A stretch of DNA of 63,993 bases, counting the filler, from Microthyrium microscopicum (taxonomy: Eukaryota): NCBI GenBank assembly GCA_010405405.1. It is 4 parts of 4 records of this genome, joined end to end, with 100 filler letters (N's around TTAATTAATTAA, not from the genome) between each part and the next. Parts side by side here need not be neighbours in the genome. Positions count along the whole stretch, not along the records: positions 1 to 29,397 come from MU004237.1; positions 29,498 to 35,179 come from MU004238.1; positions 35,280 to 62,407 come from MU004239.1; 1 more part is not named here. One strand, written 5' to 3'. The translations under genes and the position numbers were made by a program. The stretch's first letter is position 1. Each line of letters begins with the position of its first letter. The notes beneath the pieces are model-generated. The model saw only the letters and a list, made by a program, of their open reading frames with translations. It had not been told where the DNA came from and ran no database searches. This document shows, piece by piece, positions 28,181 to 41,669 of the stretch.

Positions 28181-28233
28181 TTAAAAACTATAGCTTAGAA
28201 GAAATATTAAAAAAGCTAGGTTATAGTTTTTAA
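28181..28233. repeat. Inverted pair of the shared motif (18-bp arms, 17-nt spacer), ~470 bp inside the element terminus
   Basis: TTAAAAACTATAGCTTAG (28181-28198) and CTAGGTTATAGTTTTTAA (28216-28233) are 16/18 complementary. Also present at ~55427-55480. Confidence 0.8.
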
Positions 28234-29441
28234 AGAGCTCTTTAGAGTAAATTGCTAAGACTACTAGAATTAAATAGAGAGTTAACTTTAGATAAAGCAA
28301 GTATAAGTAAATAATATATAGAGCTATAGAGTAAAGTAGTATTATACTATTAGGTATTAGTTTAGTAAGTATTATTACTAATAGTTAAAAAAAAGGTTAT
28401 ATTCTATTAGTAAGTTACTTTACTAAGTCTTCCTAACATAGTATTTTAATAATAGAATTTTTACTAAGTCCTAACTTTATACTATTAGATCTATCTACCT
28501 AATAAGAGTACTATATTATATAAAATTATATATATTTAATAGAGAACATTAACCTAAGTAATATAAGCTTTAGAGCATATTTATTAAGTAGGTATTAAAG
28601 GAGTTATAGAGGTATAGAAGTATCTCTCTACCAAAAATATAAACTTTTAGTAGTCTAACATTTTGCATACAAACCAATCTAACTCTAGCTTACAAACATC
28701 TACTATAAATTTTATAGAATTTAATTTAAATATATTTATTAATTAGTTATAGATTAGAAATATACTTTTATAAAGATACCTAGTTTATATTTACTCTATA
28801 TAATATATTAGTATATTATATCTTAGATTTTATAAAAATATTCTAATAAATATAACTTTTATATAGTACTAAATAGTATAATTAAGTTTATTATAATTAT
28901 ACTAGTAGTATAAGCTAAGGTAATAAAAACTTTATTTTAGATATTCTTAGTAGTATAATAAAAGCTAAATATTAATAATAAAGGTTTTATATTAAAAGCT
29001 AGTACGTCGTTAGAACTAAGTAATAGTAATAATAAGAATATATTAAGGTTTAATATTAAGAAGATAGTAATTATAATACTTTTCTAAGTTTTTATATTAA
29101 GTAGAAGAATAGTTTTAGAAAAAAATAGAGAGTTATTATACTAGTATATAAATACTCTAGTAGTCTTTAGCTAAAGTAAAGTAGAGCTAAGTAACTTATT
29201 TTTAGTAATATTTTTAAGTAAAGTATTTTAAGTATTTTAAGCTATAAGTTAGTTAATTCTATATATAGTAGTACTCTTCTCTATTTTAATTAGTATATCT
29301 AGTCTAGGTAATAGCCTTAGATTAATTTATTTTAACTTTTAAGTACTAGTAAGAATTATATATAGCTATATTAAGGGTTATATATAACTATATTAAGNNN
29401 NNNNNNNNNNNNNNNNNNNNNNNNNNNNNNNNNNNNNNNNN

Positions 29442-29453
29442 TTAATTAATTAA
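29442..29453. other. Artificial assembly linker TTAATTAATTAA (also at 35224-35235 and 62452-62463)
   Basis: An identical 12-mer with stops in all six frames is centred in a 100-bp spacer of 44 N + 12 + 44 N, three times. Confidence 0.95.
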
Positions 29454-31053
29454 NNNNNNNNNNNNNNNNNNNNNNNNNNNNNNNNNNNNNNNNNNNNTAT
29501 ACTACTATATTATACTAAAGTATATAACTACTCTTAGCTTAGTCTTAGATTAAATACTTTAAATAACTACTCTTTTTACTCTCTTTACTTAACTAGCTTT
29601 AAGACGCTATCTTATTTCTATATCTTTATATTTACTATTAAATAGGTAAAATATATAGTTATATTACTTATATACTAGTTAGCTTACTAGTACTAAGCTC
29701 TACCTAAAATAACTTCCTTTATAACTAATATTCCTATATAAATAACTTTATTAAAATAAACTAATTTTATTAAACCTATAGAATTTTAATAGAAGCTACG
29801 CTACTACTTATTAATCCTATTAAAATAATTCGTACCCTAGATCTACTTATAAACTACTATATCTCCCTATTTATCTTATATCTTTATATTAAATACCTTT
29901 CCTTATTTTAAATAAATTTTTAGACTAATCTTTTAAATTAGATTTCTCTTATATCTATATAACTAGTACTCTATATAAAGCTTAATACGCCTAAACCTTA
30001 CTCTAATATATACTATAATTTACTTAGTAAGATTTACTAAACTAAAGAATATCTTAGGATACTTAACTAAAGAAATATTAGCTTACTTATATAAAGTCTT
30101 ACTACTTATATTACCTTTATTAAGTCTTTAGTTTATTAAAAGTTTTCTATAATTTTCTACCTACTAGCTAATAAACTTTAAACTTAGAATTAAAATACTT
30201 TAAGTATAATAATTCTATAACTTTTATACTTTCTTATATAAATCTAGATTAATATAATTATAATAGTAGATCTATACTAAAAAGAGAAAGAAATCTAAAG
30301 TAGAAAGTAGTAATAATTAAGTCATATTATTACTTAGTACTTAATAGCTAAAAAATAACCTAACTAATTAACTTAAAGCTTCCTAGGATAAAGTAATTAA
30401 TAACTCTAAAAGTCTTCTCCTAGATGAATAAAATATTAAAAACGCCTTCTAAAGCTTAGAAGAATATAACCTAGAAGATCTAGATTTAGATAATAACGCT
30501 AAAAGTACTCTAAAGATAATATAAGGCTTATCTAACTATATAATAATACTTAATTTAGTAGATACTATACCTTTTAAAGATCTAGAAGACGTATTAAATA
30601 ATAATACTATATAGTTTAAAAGTTATTCTATTAACTTAGATACTTCTAGTCTTTTTAATAATATAAGCTTAGATAATTAGTTAGACTTATAAGCAATACT
30701 ATAGCCTAATAAAAATATATTACTATTACTACTAGATCTAGATNNNNNNNNNNNNNNNNNNNNNNNNNNNNNNNNNNNNNNNNNNNNNNNNNNNNNNNNN
30801 NNNNNNNNNNNNNNNNNNNNNNNNNNNNNNNNNNNNNNNNNNNNNNNNNNNNNNNNNNNNNNNNNNNNNNNNNNNNNNNNNNNNNNNNNNNNNNNNNNNN
30901 NNNNNNNNNNNNNNNNNNNNNNNNNNNNNNNNNNNNNNNNNNNNNNNNNNNNNNNNNNNNNNNNNNNNNNNNNNNNNNNNNNNNNNNNNNNNNNNNNNNN
31001 NNNNNNNNNNNNNNNNNNNNNNNNNNNNNNNNNNNNNNNNNNNNNNNNNNNNN

Positions 31054-33950
31054 AACTAAATTACGACTTAGATTATAGCTAGTATTAATTAAAATCTAAA
31101 CTTTACCTTAGATAAGTTATCTATATAGAGTAAGATTAACGAAAAAGTACTATTATAGCTAATAAATATAATAAAATTATAGTAATTATTTAAGAAGTAA
31201 TATTATATAAATAACTTCCTATTTAGCTTTAATTATCTCTTTAAACTTATTACTAATACGCTAATAAACGCTTTATAGTTAAAAACTTAGAAACTACGAT
31301 TTAGGTAGAAAATATTATTAAGTAAGAGTATAATATATTTCTAAACTACTACTTTAAAAAGCTCTCTTCTATTAAAAATAAGATAGAAGATCCTATTATT
31401 AAGATAGTTATTAATATATTAAAGAATATAAGTTAAAAACTTCTTTTATTAAACCCCCTTAGAAGTAAGCTAGAGCTATTTATATATAGTTAAGATTATT
31501 TTATTAATAATTTTATAATTTTAGATAAAAAAGTTATATTAATCCTATTTAACTTTTTTATAAATAATTTTAGAGTTTTTTAAAATATCTATTACTCTAT
31601 TACTAGATTCTATATATAGCCTTAAATATTTAAAGAAAAGCTTCGTAGTAAAATACTAAACTAATTTAATCTTAGCCTTAGCCCTTTTAGTACTAAATTT
31701 AATAATAAGATTAATGCTTTTATTTATATAGTAAATCTAGACTATAGTCTAGATATTAAGATTAATAGTTAAACTATTTTCTTATATATATATACCTAAG
31801 CATTTTTATCTAATATACTATAATCTTAAAAGCTTACTAGATATAAATCTTATAAAACACTTTATAGCTATAGATTTTGCTTAATCTCCTAAAATAAATA
31901 AAATTAACTTACCTTTAATATTAAAAAGAATAGTTAATACTACTATTATATATAATAAGAATAAGCCTCCTTTTATAGAATATTAAAGGTAGCAAAAGAT
32001 ACTAAACTTATAAAATTAGGACTTACTAAAAATAAGAGTCTAATTTATTATTTAGCGCCTATATTAGATTTATATATAATAAGACTTCCTAATATTACTT
32101 ATTTAGAATATTAGAGTATTAGAAAGCTTATATTATATTATTTATTCTCTAAAGTCCTTATAAAATCTAGCGCTAAAAGTATAACTTTAGTATTTTAATA
32201 GCTACTATTTTCTTCTACGTAGAGTTATCTATAATCTCTAAGCGTTTATTTAGAATTATATAGATAATAAAAACTTACTAGGCTTTTAATTATTATCCCT
32301 ATTCTTATATAGATTTACCTAAACGATTTAATAATAGATTCTAATCTTATTAATATTATCTATTATAACTATTTCTTAGATATAGATAACTAAGATAATA
32401 ATCTATTAGCTAGAAGCTTTATTATAAAGATATATTATAGGATTATATAATTAATATTAGCTATAAGTAGTAGAAATATAAAATAGATAACCTTATAGCA
32501 AATAGATAATACTATTTAAGCTAGCCGTAAGTTAATTATAAAGCTCTTTACGTTTTCTATAGTAGCTTAGAATAATAAGAAGTTAAGATAATAAAAGAAG
32601 AAGGTTATAGTACTATAAAAGAAGTCTAATATACTTTAGTAGGCTATTACCTAAAGAGCTATATAGTCCTAAGAAACTTCTATTAGCTATAGACTAAGTA
32701 GATATAGAAATTAAACTAGTTAACTATCTAAGGATTTAAATAAGCTATATAATAATTTAGATTCTTTAGATAGTTTACTAGAGTTATTATTACTTTTAGC
32801 GTCTTAAGCTAATATATCTAATAATAAGGCGTTAACTATAAGTAATAGTAATTTAACTAGTAATATAGATTTAAATAATTCTTTCTTAAATACTAAAGTA
32901 GTAAGAAAAGTTAATCTTAGTACCTAGAAGAAGGTAAATATATTTTAAAAGGCTATATTGTAACTAAATATATACGTTAGCTAATATCTACTAAATATAA
33001 TAAAGGAATTTAAACTACTTAAACTAATTTTTACTAAAGAAAGAGAAGATAAGTATAGGTTAGTTTATAATACTTAAACTCTACTATATACTAATAGCTA
33101 ATATAGACTATATAAGAATAGTATTTAGTATACTAATAAATAAAATATTAGCATTACTCTATTATATTAAGAGTAAATTTAAGTTACTATATTTTTTATA
33201 CTAGTAGGATCTTATAGTTATAAGTTTCTAATATAGTATTAAGAGTTTTATTCTATTATAGGTAATTATCTAAATATATTTAAATAACTAAACTTATAAG
33301 CCTACTTCTAAGAGTTATAAAAAGAAGTTAATATAATTTATTATAAGAAACTTATTAGTACTAAGAATTACTAATACGCTACTATTTTATATATAGTTAA
33401 AAAGAATAAGATTAAAAAACAAATAGATCTATTTACTAAAGTTATCTTATTATATTAACTAAGACGTAGTAATCTATTTTAAAAACTTCTTTTAGACGTA
33501 TATATAAAGAACTATAATCTAAGATTCTTGGAATTAAATAGTAGGCGTAATAAATAGGCTAGTTATATTACCTTTACTAATTAGTAAGTTACTATATATT
33601 ATTACTTATAGCTTAGTTATATCCTTATAAATAATAGCTATTAAATAGCCTTAATTTATAAGCTATATTAATAATAGGTTCTACTTTTATTATATTATAC
33701 TAACTAGATTATCTAGAAATAATAGATAGCTTTACTTCTAGGCTTAATACTATATTTAAGTAGTATATAATAATTAATTTACTTAGATTAATACAATATT
33801 TTTTAATAAATATAATAAAAAACGTTAAGTATTTTTAGTATTAATATACCTAGAACTAGTATATAATAAAAACTAGAAACGTAATAAATTATTAAATATT
33901 CTAATTTATAAAGTTTTAGAAGAAAAGAATATTATTAGGCTTATAGCTAT
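31054..33950 (+). pseudogene. CMC/EnSpm (CACTA)- or Plavaka-like fungal transposase relic
   Basis: Plus-strand motifs in order: PLRSKLEL (31454, PLRGELEL); FFINNFRVF*NIYYSITRFY (31554, F.DDFG.FRN.Y.S..GFY); LSPFS (LGPFG); AFLSNIL* (AFL.DMPQ); SYRFC (31866, GCRFC); PNITYLEY*SI (32088, D.AHSE..GI); LNIYVS*YL (32963, PNVH.G.HL); EDKYR (33045, E.KHR). Confidence 0.7.
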
Positions 33951-36900
33951 TAAGAATAAACTAATCTAAAGACTACTATAGCTATAAGAAGGTTAGGTTA
34001 CTTATATTAAATATAATCTTTACTTTATATAAGGTAATTAGGTAGTAAATTATTATTATTAGTCTTACTTTTTTTATTATTTAGTGTCTTCTTATAAGAT
34101 TCTATAAAATTAATTCTATTAGATATACTAGCTCTATATCTAATAATAATAACTATATAGGTTTCTATAGACGCTTATCTTTCTTAGTATATTATTTTAA
34201 TAAATCTCTATAAACTATAAATTAGATTCTAGGTTACTATTTACTAATTACTTCCTCTTAATATTCTTTTATTATTCTTTTTAAGAATTAGTATATATAA
34301 ATTCCTAATTCCTAAAACTCTAATAATATTTTTACTAGATATAGACTATAATTATCTTTTCTTTCTTACTTTTACGATTTACTTATTATAATTTATATAT
34401 AGTAAATATTAAGTTACTAAAGATATAAAAAAATATAAGCTTTATATAATGCTAGTCTAGTCTTTCTAGTATATTTTTATTACTTCTTTAAAAATATTTA
34501 TAGGCTATAATAGATAATCCTATAAAAATATATAAATTATACTTACCCTTACTTAATATAGTCCTAGTACTCTCTTAAGTTTATATACTTACTCCTTTAT
34601 ATTAATTTATATAGATTAAATTATTTATAAAAATAATAAATAATAGTTAAGAGCTAAGAATTATATAGTAAGTTTAAAAGTAGGTTTTTTTAGATATAAT
34701 ATTATATTATAAGTATAAGTATATATATTAATAGAAGATTAGTTTTCTTAATTTATAAAGTTTATACCTACGTATAAAATTTAGATTAGTTTAAGGCTTC
34801 TATTTTTCTATCTTATAAAGTTAGTAACTAAACTAGAAGAGAAGGCTAGTAAATAATCTAGTATCCTATATAAATAAAGGAAATACAAATTATAGTTATA
34901 AATTAAGAGTTAAAGATGCTTATACTAGTATAACTATATATCTAATACTACTAGTCTTTATTCTTACTAACTACTATAAAGTTTAAGAAAGTTAATAGAT
35001 TATAGTTAACTAGAATAATATAAATAAATTAAGTTACTATCTTATCTTATTAGCTATAAATCTCTTTACTAAACTATTACTCTATTCTATTATTATAATA
35101 AATTTATAATTTAATAAGATAGTTTTATTAAGGCTACCTATACCTCTTTACCTAAGCTACTTTATTACTTTACCTTCTANNNNNNNNNNNNNNNNNNNNN
35201 NNNNNNNNNNNNNNNNNNNNNNNTTAATTAATTAANNNNNNNNNNNNNNNNNNNNNNNNNNNNNNNNNNNNNNNNNNNNTAATACTAATCTTAACGTCTT
35301 AAGATATTCTCTATATTAGATACTTTCTATATCTAAAGTTAACTACTTTATTTAGAAATCTATAGAAAGATAGCTATAACTAATTCTTCTTATTACCTAA
35401 TATTTACTACTACTAATAATTAACTTATATTATAAATAAGCTACTAATATAGTATAATAGTAATACTTAGCTACTATAGTTATTTATATTTAAATATTTA
35501 AGTTAATTTTTAGTAGTCTAGTTATAAAAGATAGTAGTATATAGTATAAATATATTACTATAGCTTAACTTAATCTTAAAAAATCTAAGATATATTTCTA
35601 ACTAAAACTTAATAAATATACTATTATAAAATAATATAGAATAATTTAGCTAAAATAATTATATTTTATCTAGAGTAATATAATTTTAGTATTATAACCT
35701 AAAATTACTTAAGTATTTATAGTTCTTAACTTATTATACTTAGCCTTAACCTTTTAATAACTAGTTATTTAGTCCTAAGCTCTTTATTTATTATATATTA
35801 CTTATTAGTATAAGAAAGAAACTAAAATTAAAATTATCCTTATTTAAGCTACTTTTCTATATAACTCTTTTAAGTATACTTAGACTACTTAGTTTATTAA
35901 AGAACTTTATTATTAAGTATATATACGCTAAGTATTTTATAAGTACTATATATTATATTAAAATAAAATAAAATTACTAAAATAACTTAAAGTAAGAGCT
36001 ATTAACCCTTAGAGAAACTACTCTTTAGATTTCTTCTTATAAAAGGTTAGACGTCTAATAAATAAAGAAGCTATAAAACTAAGAAGACTTAATATTTTTA
36101 TTATTTCTTAACTAATTTAGTATAAATCTATAGTTATAGTAACTAAAGAGTCTAATAAGTTTATAGTATTAATATTAGCTACTAAAATATAATTTAATAA
36201 GTAATTTGCTCTATTTTTAATAAATCTTTTAGATTTTACTATATAGCTACTTAGTATAAAACTAGTATAGTATAAGCTACCTTATTAATAATTTATTACT
36301 TAAGCTATTAATATATATAAAGAGATCTAGACTATTATTAGTCTAGATAAAGTATTAACTATAAAGAAAAGGTAATAATTCTTCTTAGCTATTATATATA
36401 TTATTAAGTCTTATATTTAGATATTCTTAAAGACTAAAGATACTAGGTTTACTCTAAAAATAGATATAGCTACTTTAAGATAATATATACTACCTAACTA
36501 TATACTAACTTTATAGTAGAAGTTTAAGTATATAACTATTATATTTAGCTAAATCCTTATTAATAAACTAAATATATTCTAAAACCTTTAGCTTTAAAGT
36601 ATATAACTAGTAATATTAGGTTAAAAACATAGTAGTAAAATTATATAATAAAAAGTATATTACTTTANNNNNNNNNNNNNNNNNNNNNNNNNNNNNNNNN
36701 NNNNNNNNNNNNNNNNNNNNNNNNNNNNNNNNNNNNNNNNNNNNNNNNNNNNNNNNNNNNNNNNNNNNNNNNNNNNNNNNNNNNNNNNNNNNNNNNNNNN
36801 NNNNNNNNNNNNNNNNNNNNNNNNNNNNNNNNNNNNNNNNNNNNNNNNNNNNNNNNNNNNNNNNNNNNNNNNNATAGAAGAATAGAAGCTAAGTAGCTAG

Positions 36901-39900
36901 TAAAATAATTATATAAATATACTTACTAAGATTTTAGAATAGATTAAAGAACTAGTTAGTATACTTAGACCTTAATTAACTAAAAACTAGATTTAGTATA
37001 TAATTAATTAATTAGCTAATAAAATACCTATATTAGATTTTAATTATATAAATAGTATACTATAAATAAAGATTAACTATTAGTAAATAGCTTCTATTTA
37101 GAATTTTAGTACAAAATTAGAAAACTTATTATTAACTATACTAGGCGTAAAAAGATATATCTAATAAGTATAAATTACTATTCGTTTTTATAGAGCCTAA
37201 GACTAAGTTAATATAGCCTTAGTAGTAGATAGGAGTTTAGTATATATATAATAAGAATAAATATATATTTAGACGTAAAAATATAGATAAATTCCTATAA
37301 TAAGAGATATATAACTATTTCTATATAATTTAAATTATTAACTTATTTATATATAAGTTATAATAAACTATTATATTATTCTATAAAATGCCTTCTAGAC
37401 CTAATTTTCCTAATATTCTTTACTTTATTAAACTTACCTTTATAGTCTTTATTATTTAATATAATATCTTTTACGTAATACTTATAAATAGAAACCTTAA
37501 TAAAGCTCTTAAAATTATAGTAAAATTAGTAGTATAAGTATTTATTATAGAAGTTAAGTAAATAATACTTAATAAGCCTAAATAGAAGCTATCTAAATTT
37601 AAATAAATATAGTTAGTATATAGAATATAGAGTAGTACTACTATATACTAATACTATATAGAAACTATCCTTTATAGTAAAACTTTTTACTTTAAAAAAT
37701 AATATACTTATAGGTACTATAAACTTAATACTCTCTTAATTAATTATATATACTAGTCTTCTTAGTACACTAATTTTAACGTAGCTAATAAAGTATATTT
37801 AATTAATATTCTAGGATCTAAAGGTTAATATAAGTAGCTTAGCTTTATTAATTAGCTTTTTTTAGATTTCTAAATATAGAGAAATTATTTAGGCTCTCTA
37901 TTTAAAGTCTATTCTAGTTAATATTTTCTTACTATACTTAAAAAAGTTAATAGGATACTTAATTAGAAAGATTTTAGCTACTATAAATTTATTAAGGTAC
38001 TATATAGTATATTAAATAACTAAGAACTAACTAGCCTTAATAAGTAGAATAAACTTAGTATATAGTTAAGAGATACTATACTCTAAAAGGTATTTATTAT
38101 ACTAGACATTATACTTATTTATAATAGTAATAAGTTCCTTAAAACTATAAAGCTTAGTAAAGAGGCTAAGAAAACTAGATAATATATTCTTTATTCTTTT
38201 TAATTAGGACTATTTTTTGCTATATATATTAACGTTCTTAATACTAATACTTTTACTTTACTAAAAGAGATATATAATAACTCTTATACTATTATAGCTA
38301 GTAAATTAAATTAAGTAGTAACTAATACTATAATTACTAAGGCTAATAAAGCTAGTATACTTTTAGTTACTAATCTAAGACTTTTATCTTAACTAAAAGT
38401 AGTTAGATTTAGTTAGAAGAACTAGTATCTTTATTATTATTATAGTATATAATACCTATATAGTATATATAGGAGATTAATACTATATAATAAGTATCTT
38501 TAGTATTATAAAGTTATTAATAATTTTATTCTTAGCTTAGACTACTAGTAAGATTTTCCTATAGCTAAATTAATTATATACTTATATACTATAAGTAATA
38601 TCTAATTTAGATAAGCTATATAGTTTGTTAAAATAAGTAATAATAATAACTTATTAAGAATAGTATTATTTATTAGTAAAGGCTATAAAGAATTAGATAA
38701 TAATAAACTTAAGTTAACGTTTTCTAAAAATATAGATAATACGTTAATAAATTTTAATAATACTAATTAATAAAATTCTAAGTCTACTTATTTAAATTAG
38801 ACTTAATATAATAAAGTAAGTTACTAGCTAGGATTAGATAACTAGTATTATAAATATCTAATAGCTAGTAATTTATAGTATATATAATAAGACTTAGTCT
38901 AATAAGTATCTAGATTAGTACCTATAATAAAAAAAGTAGAAAATATTATATTAATAGAAAATAATTTATATCTAACTAATAATAAAAAGTTTATTAGTAA
39001 AGAAAGGTTTATTAAATTTAGTATACCTTTATTAGATTTATAGATAGTCTATTATAGCTAATTTACTTAAAAGATTAATAATATTTAAATATCTAATAAA
39101 GATATATTAAAATAACTAAGGCGCTAAAAATAACGTATATAAAAAAAAGGTAAGTTTATATATAATATATATATAAATAGTATAGAATACTAAAATTAAA
39201 TATTTTTTATATTAAGTATAAAATTTATTCTAAACTTTTAATATAGAACTCTAATTTACTATAAAGTAAATATATAACCTAAAATAATAACTTATATATA
39301 TTTACTACTACTATATTAAGAGTTTAAAGTTAATAGAATATATAGAGCTAAACTTCCTAAAATTACCTTCTATTCTTATTACTAATATACTTAATATAAG
39401 TATTTTTAATTCTTTATTCCTTTAAAGTTCTAAGCAAAACTTTTTACTTCTTTATATTACTATAGACTTAATACTTCCTACTCTTACTTTTAAGTTAAAT
39501 TATATACTAAATAACTAAATATAACTCTAAATATAAATATCTTTAATAATAAGTAGAGACTATATAAGCTTAGTAAGAATAGCTTAGGTAGCACTTTTAA
39601 TAGATAGAGGTTATATATCTAAATAAAATAATTATTTAAGATAAGAAAATTTACCTAATAAGAATTATAATACTAGTAGTTATAATATTATATAGAAGCT
39701 ATTTAAATTTATAACCCTAAAAAATAGTATTTCTAGTTAATATCCTAATAATATATATTACTAGAATAATAGAATAACTATAAGTATTAATAAATAAGAT
39801 TAGGCTATTTTACTATTATTAGCTATAAGAATAGATAAATTTAGTTAGATAAAGGTATATATAGGTAAAAATTAATAACCTACTTATTAGATAATAAAGT

Positions 39901-40137
39901 AATAGTAAAATATAATATTTAGTAGCTCTTACGTAGTAGTAGAAATATTAGCTAATATATTATAACTAATATTAATATAAAAGGAACCTAAAAGATTTAC
40001 TACTAAATAAGCTATATTAGAAATAGTTAATAGTAAGATAAATAATAATATAGAAATATATAGTATAAAGTAATAAAAGACTAATTATACTTACTTTCTT
40101 ATAAGAAATAACTAATAACTAATAAATACTTAGTAAG

Positions 40138-40456
40138 TATTATAGACCTCTATAGACTCGCTATAGAGGCGTAGGCATCTTACTACCTCCTTACTTACTC
40201 TACTCTTATAGTACGCTATAGGAAGGCTCTTTACTAGCAAACCGCTAGGTTAACGTAGATAGTACCTACCCTCTACTATAATAAGACAAAGCTAAAATAG
40301 AGCTAAGGATAAGAAGGAGAGGTAGCTTTACTAAAGAGGAGATAGAGAAGAGTATAAATAAAAAAGTAGACTTAATCTCTTAGAAGATTAAGTATTAGTC
40401 TTATCTTAATACTAGTTCTTAGAATCTATTTCCCTTACTTTAAACTATCCTTTATA
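40138..40456 (+). repeat. 5' LTR (319 bp)
   Basis: TATTATAGA...CCTTTATA (RIP-converted TG...CA ends). Colinear with 48586-48904. TATAAATA at 40353. Confidence 0.97.
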
Positions 40457-40486
40457 ATTCTAATACTTCTTAACGTACTATATAAT

Positions 40487-41666
40487 AGCAAGCTTAATAG
40501 ATCCTTATAATAATAAGGAGTATAAGAAACTCTAATAAAGATTAAAATAGAGGCAAAGATAAAGATAAAGACTTAGATAATAACTTAGATAATAACTTAA
40601 GTTAATATAATAGCTTACTACTACTAATAGACCTAGAAGCTACTTTAGCTACCCTTTATATAGTAATAGCTTAAATTAATAAATAAGAATAAGTACGTAT
40701 AGCTAAGACGTAATAGCTTTATAATAAGATTATAGCTTTATCGTAGGCCTTATAATAGAATCCTTCTCCTTCTTCTTAACTAAGAGAACCAAAACCTACT
40801 AACTTTATAATCCTTTAACGTAAGACTTAATAAGAACTTATTAACTAAATCGTAAGTATAAAAAACGCTTTTTATTTAGTACTTTCTTAATTCACTACGT
40901 AAGAGAGCTATATTAGATAGGTTAGCTAGTTTATAAGTCCTAATCTATAAACTTAATAGAACCTAAAGAAGACTTAGAAAAAGATTAAGCTACTAACTTA
41001 GACTTAGGAGAAGTTTACGAAATAGCTCTAATATTAATACGCTTACTCTACTATAACTAAACTTTTAGTTACTAAGAAACTTAAAGAAGCTAAGTAGTGC
41101 TCTACCTAGACTCCTATAGAGTTTAACGCTTACTTAAACTTACTAGAGACTTAACTTAATATTAATACGACTTACGAAGGAGATAAATAATACTTAAAAT
41201 TCCTTACTAAGCTAACTCTAGAGCTATAAAAATAGATTAAATTAATAGAGTATATCTTAACTACTAGACCTAATATAGTTAATATTACTAAACGCTTTTA
41301 GTAGATTACCTATAAGTACTTATAAGAAGACTTATTAAGTAATATTAATCCTTAACTCCTCTAATTAAATTATAATTTATAAGGTAGCTAAAGTAAATAA
41401 TAAAAGCATAAAGGTTACGTAGAGTATATACTATTAACTTACCTACTAATAAGTATAAAGCTTAAAAAAGATAGTAAGACGTATAAAGAAATTACTTATT
41501 ATAATTATAATCTATTTAGATATTATATAAATAAGTATAATAAGTCTCTAAGAGGCTTTTAAGCTACCTAAGAGTAGAGAGGATTCTTAAAACATAGAGG
41601 CTAAAGAAAGAACCTAAATACTATTTCTCTTTTATTAAGATCTAGAACTAACTTAGGAAAAGAGTA
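40487..41666 (+). pseudogene. gag: gag relic
   Basis: Zinc knuckle ITYYNYNLFRYYINKY at 41491-41538 (de-RIP CX2CX4HX4C). Ends LGKE* at 41652-41666, like the SGKE* end of fungal Gypsy gag. The start is approximate. Confidence 0.8.
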
Positions 41667-41669
41667 AGT

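Larger units (their letters stand above)
648..28705 (-). mobile_element. Large multi-gene repeat element, copy 1 (block A 648-18670 and block B 19638-28705, separated by an N gap)
   Basis: 5200-16589 recurs in reverse complement at 35280-54953, and 21116-28705 recurs at 54954-62407. It contains several RIP-killed genes, mostly on the minus strand. A and B share the same intergenic motif. That A and B form one element is inferred. Confidence 0.65.

Noticed and set aside
648..28705. Assignment to a named family such as Starship, Helitron or a Leptosphaeria element
   Set aside because: No captain recombinase, Rep/Hel motifs or second terminus was identified, and species or family identity cannot be established without a search.
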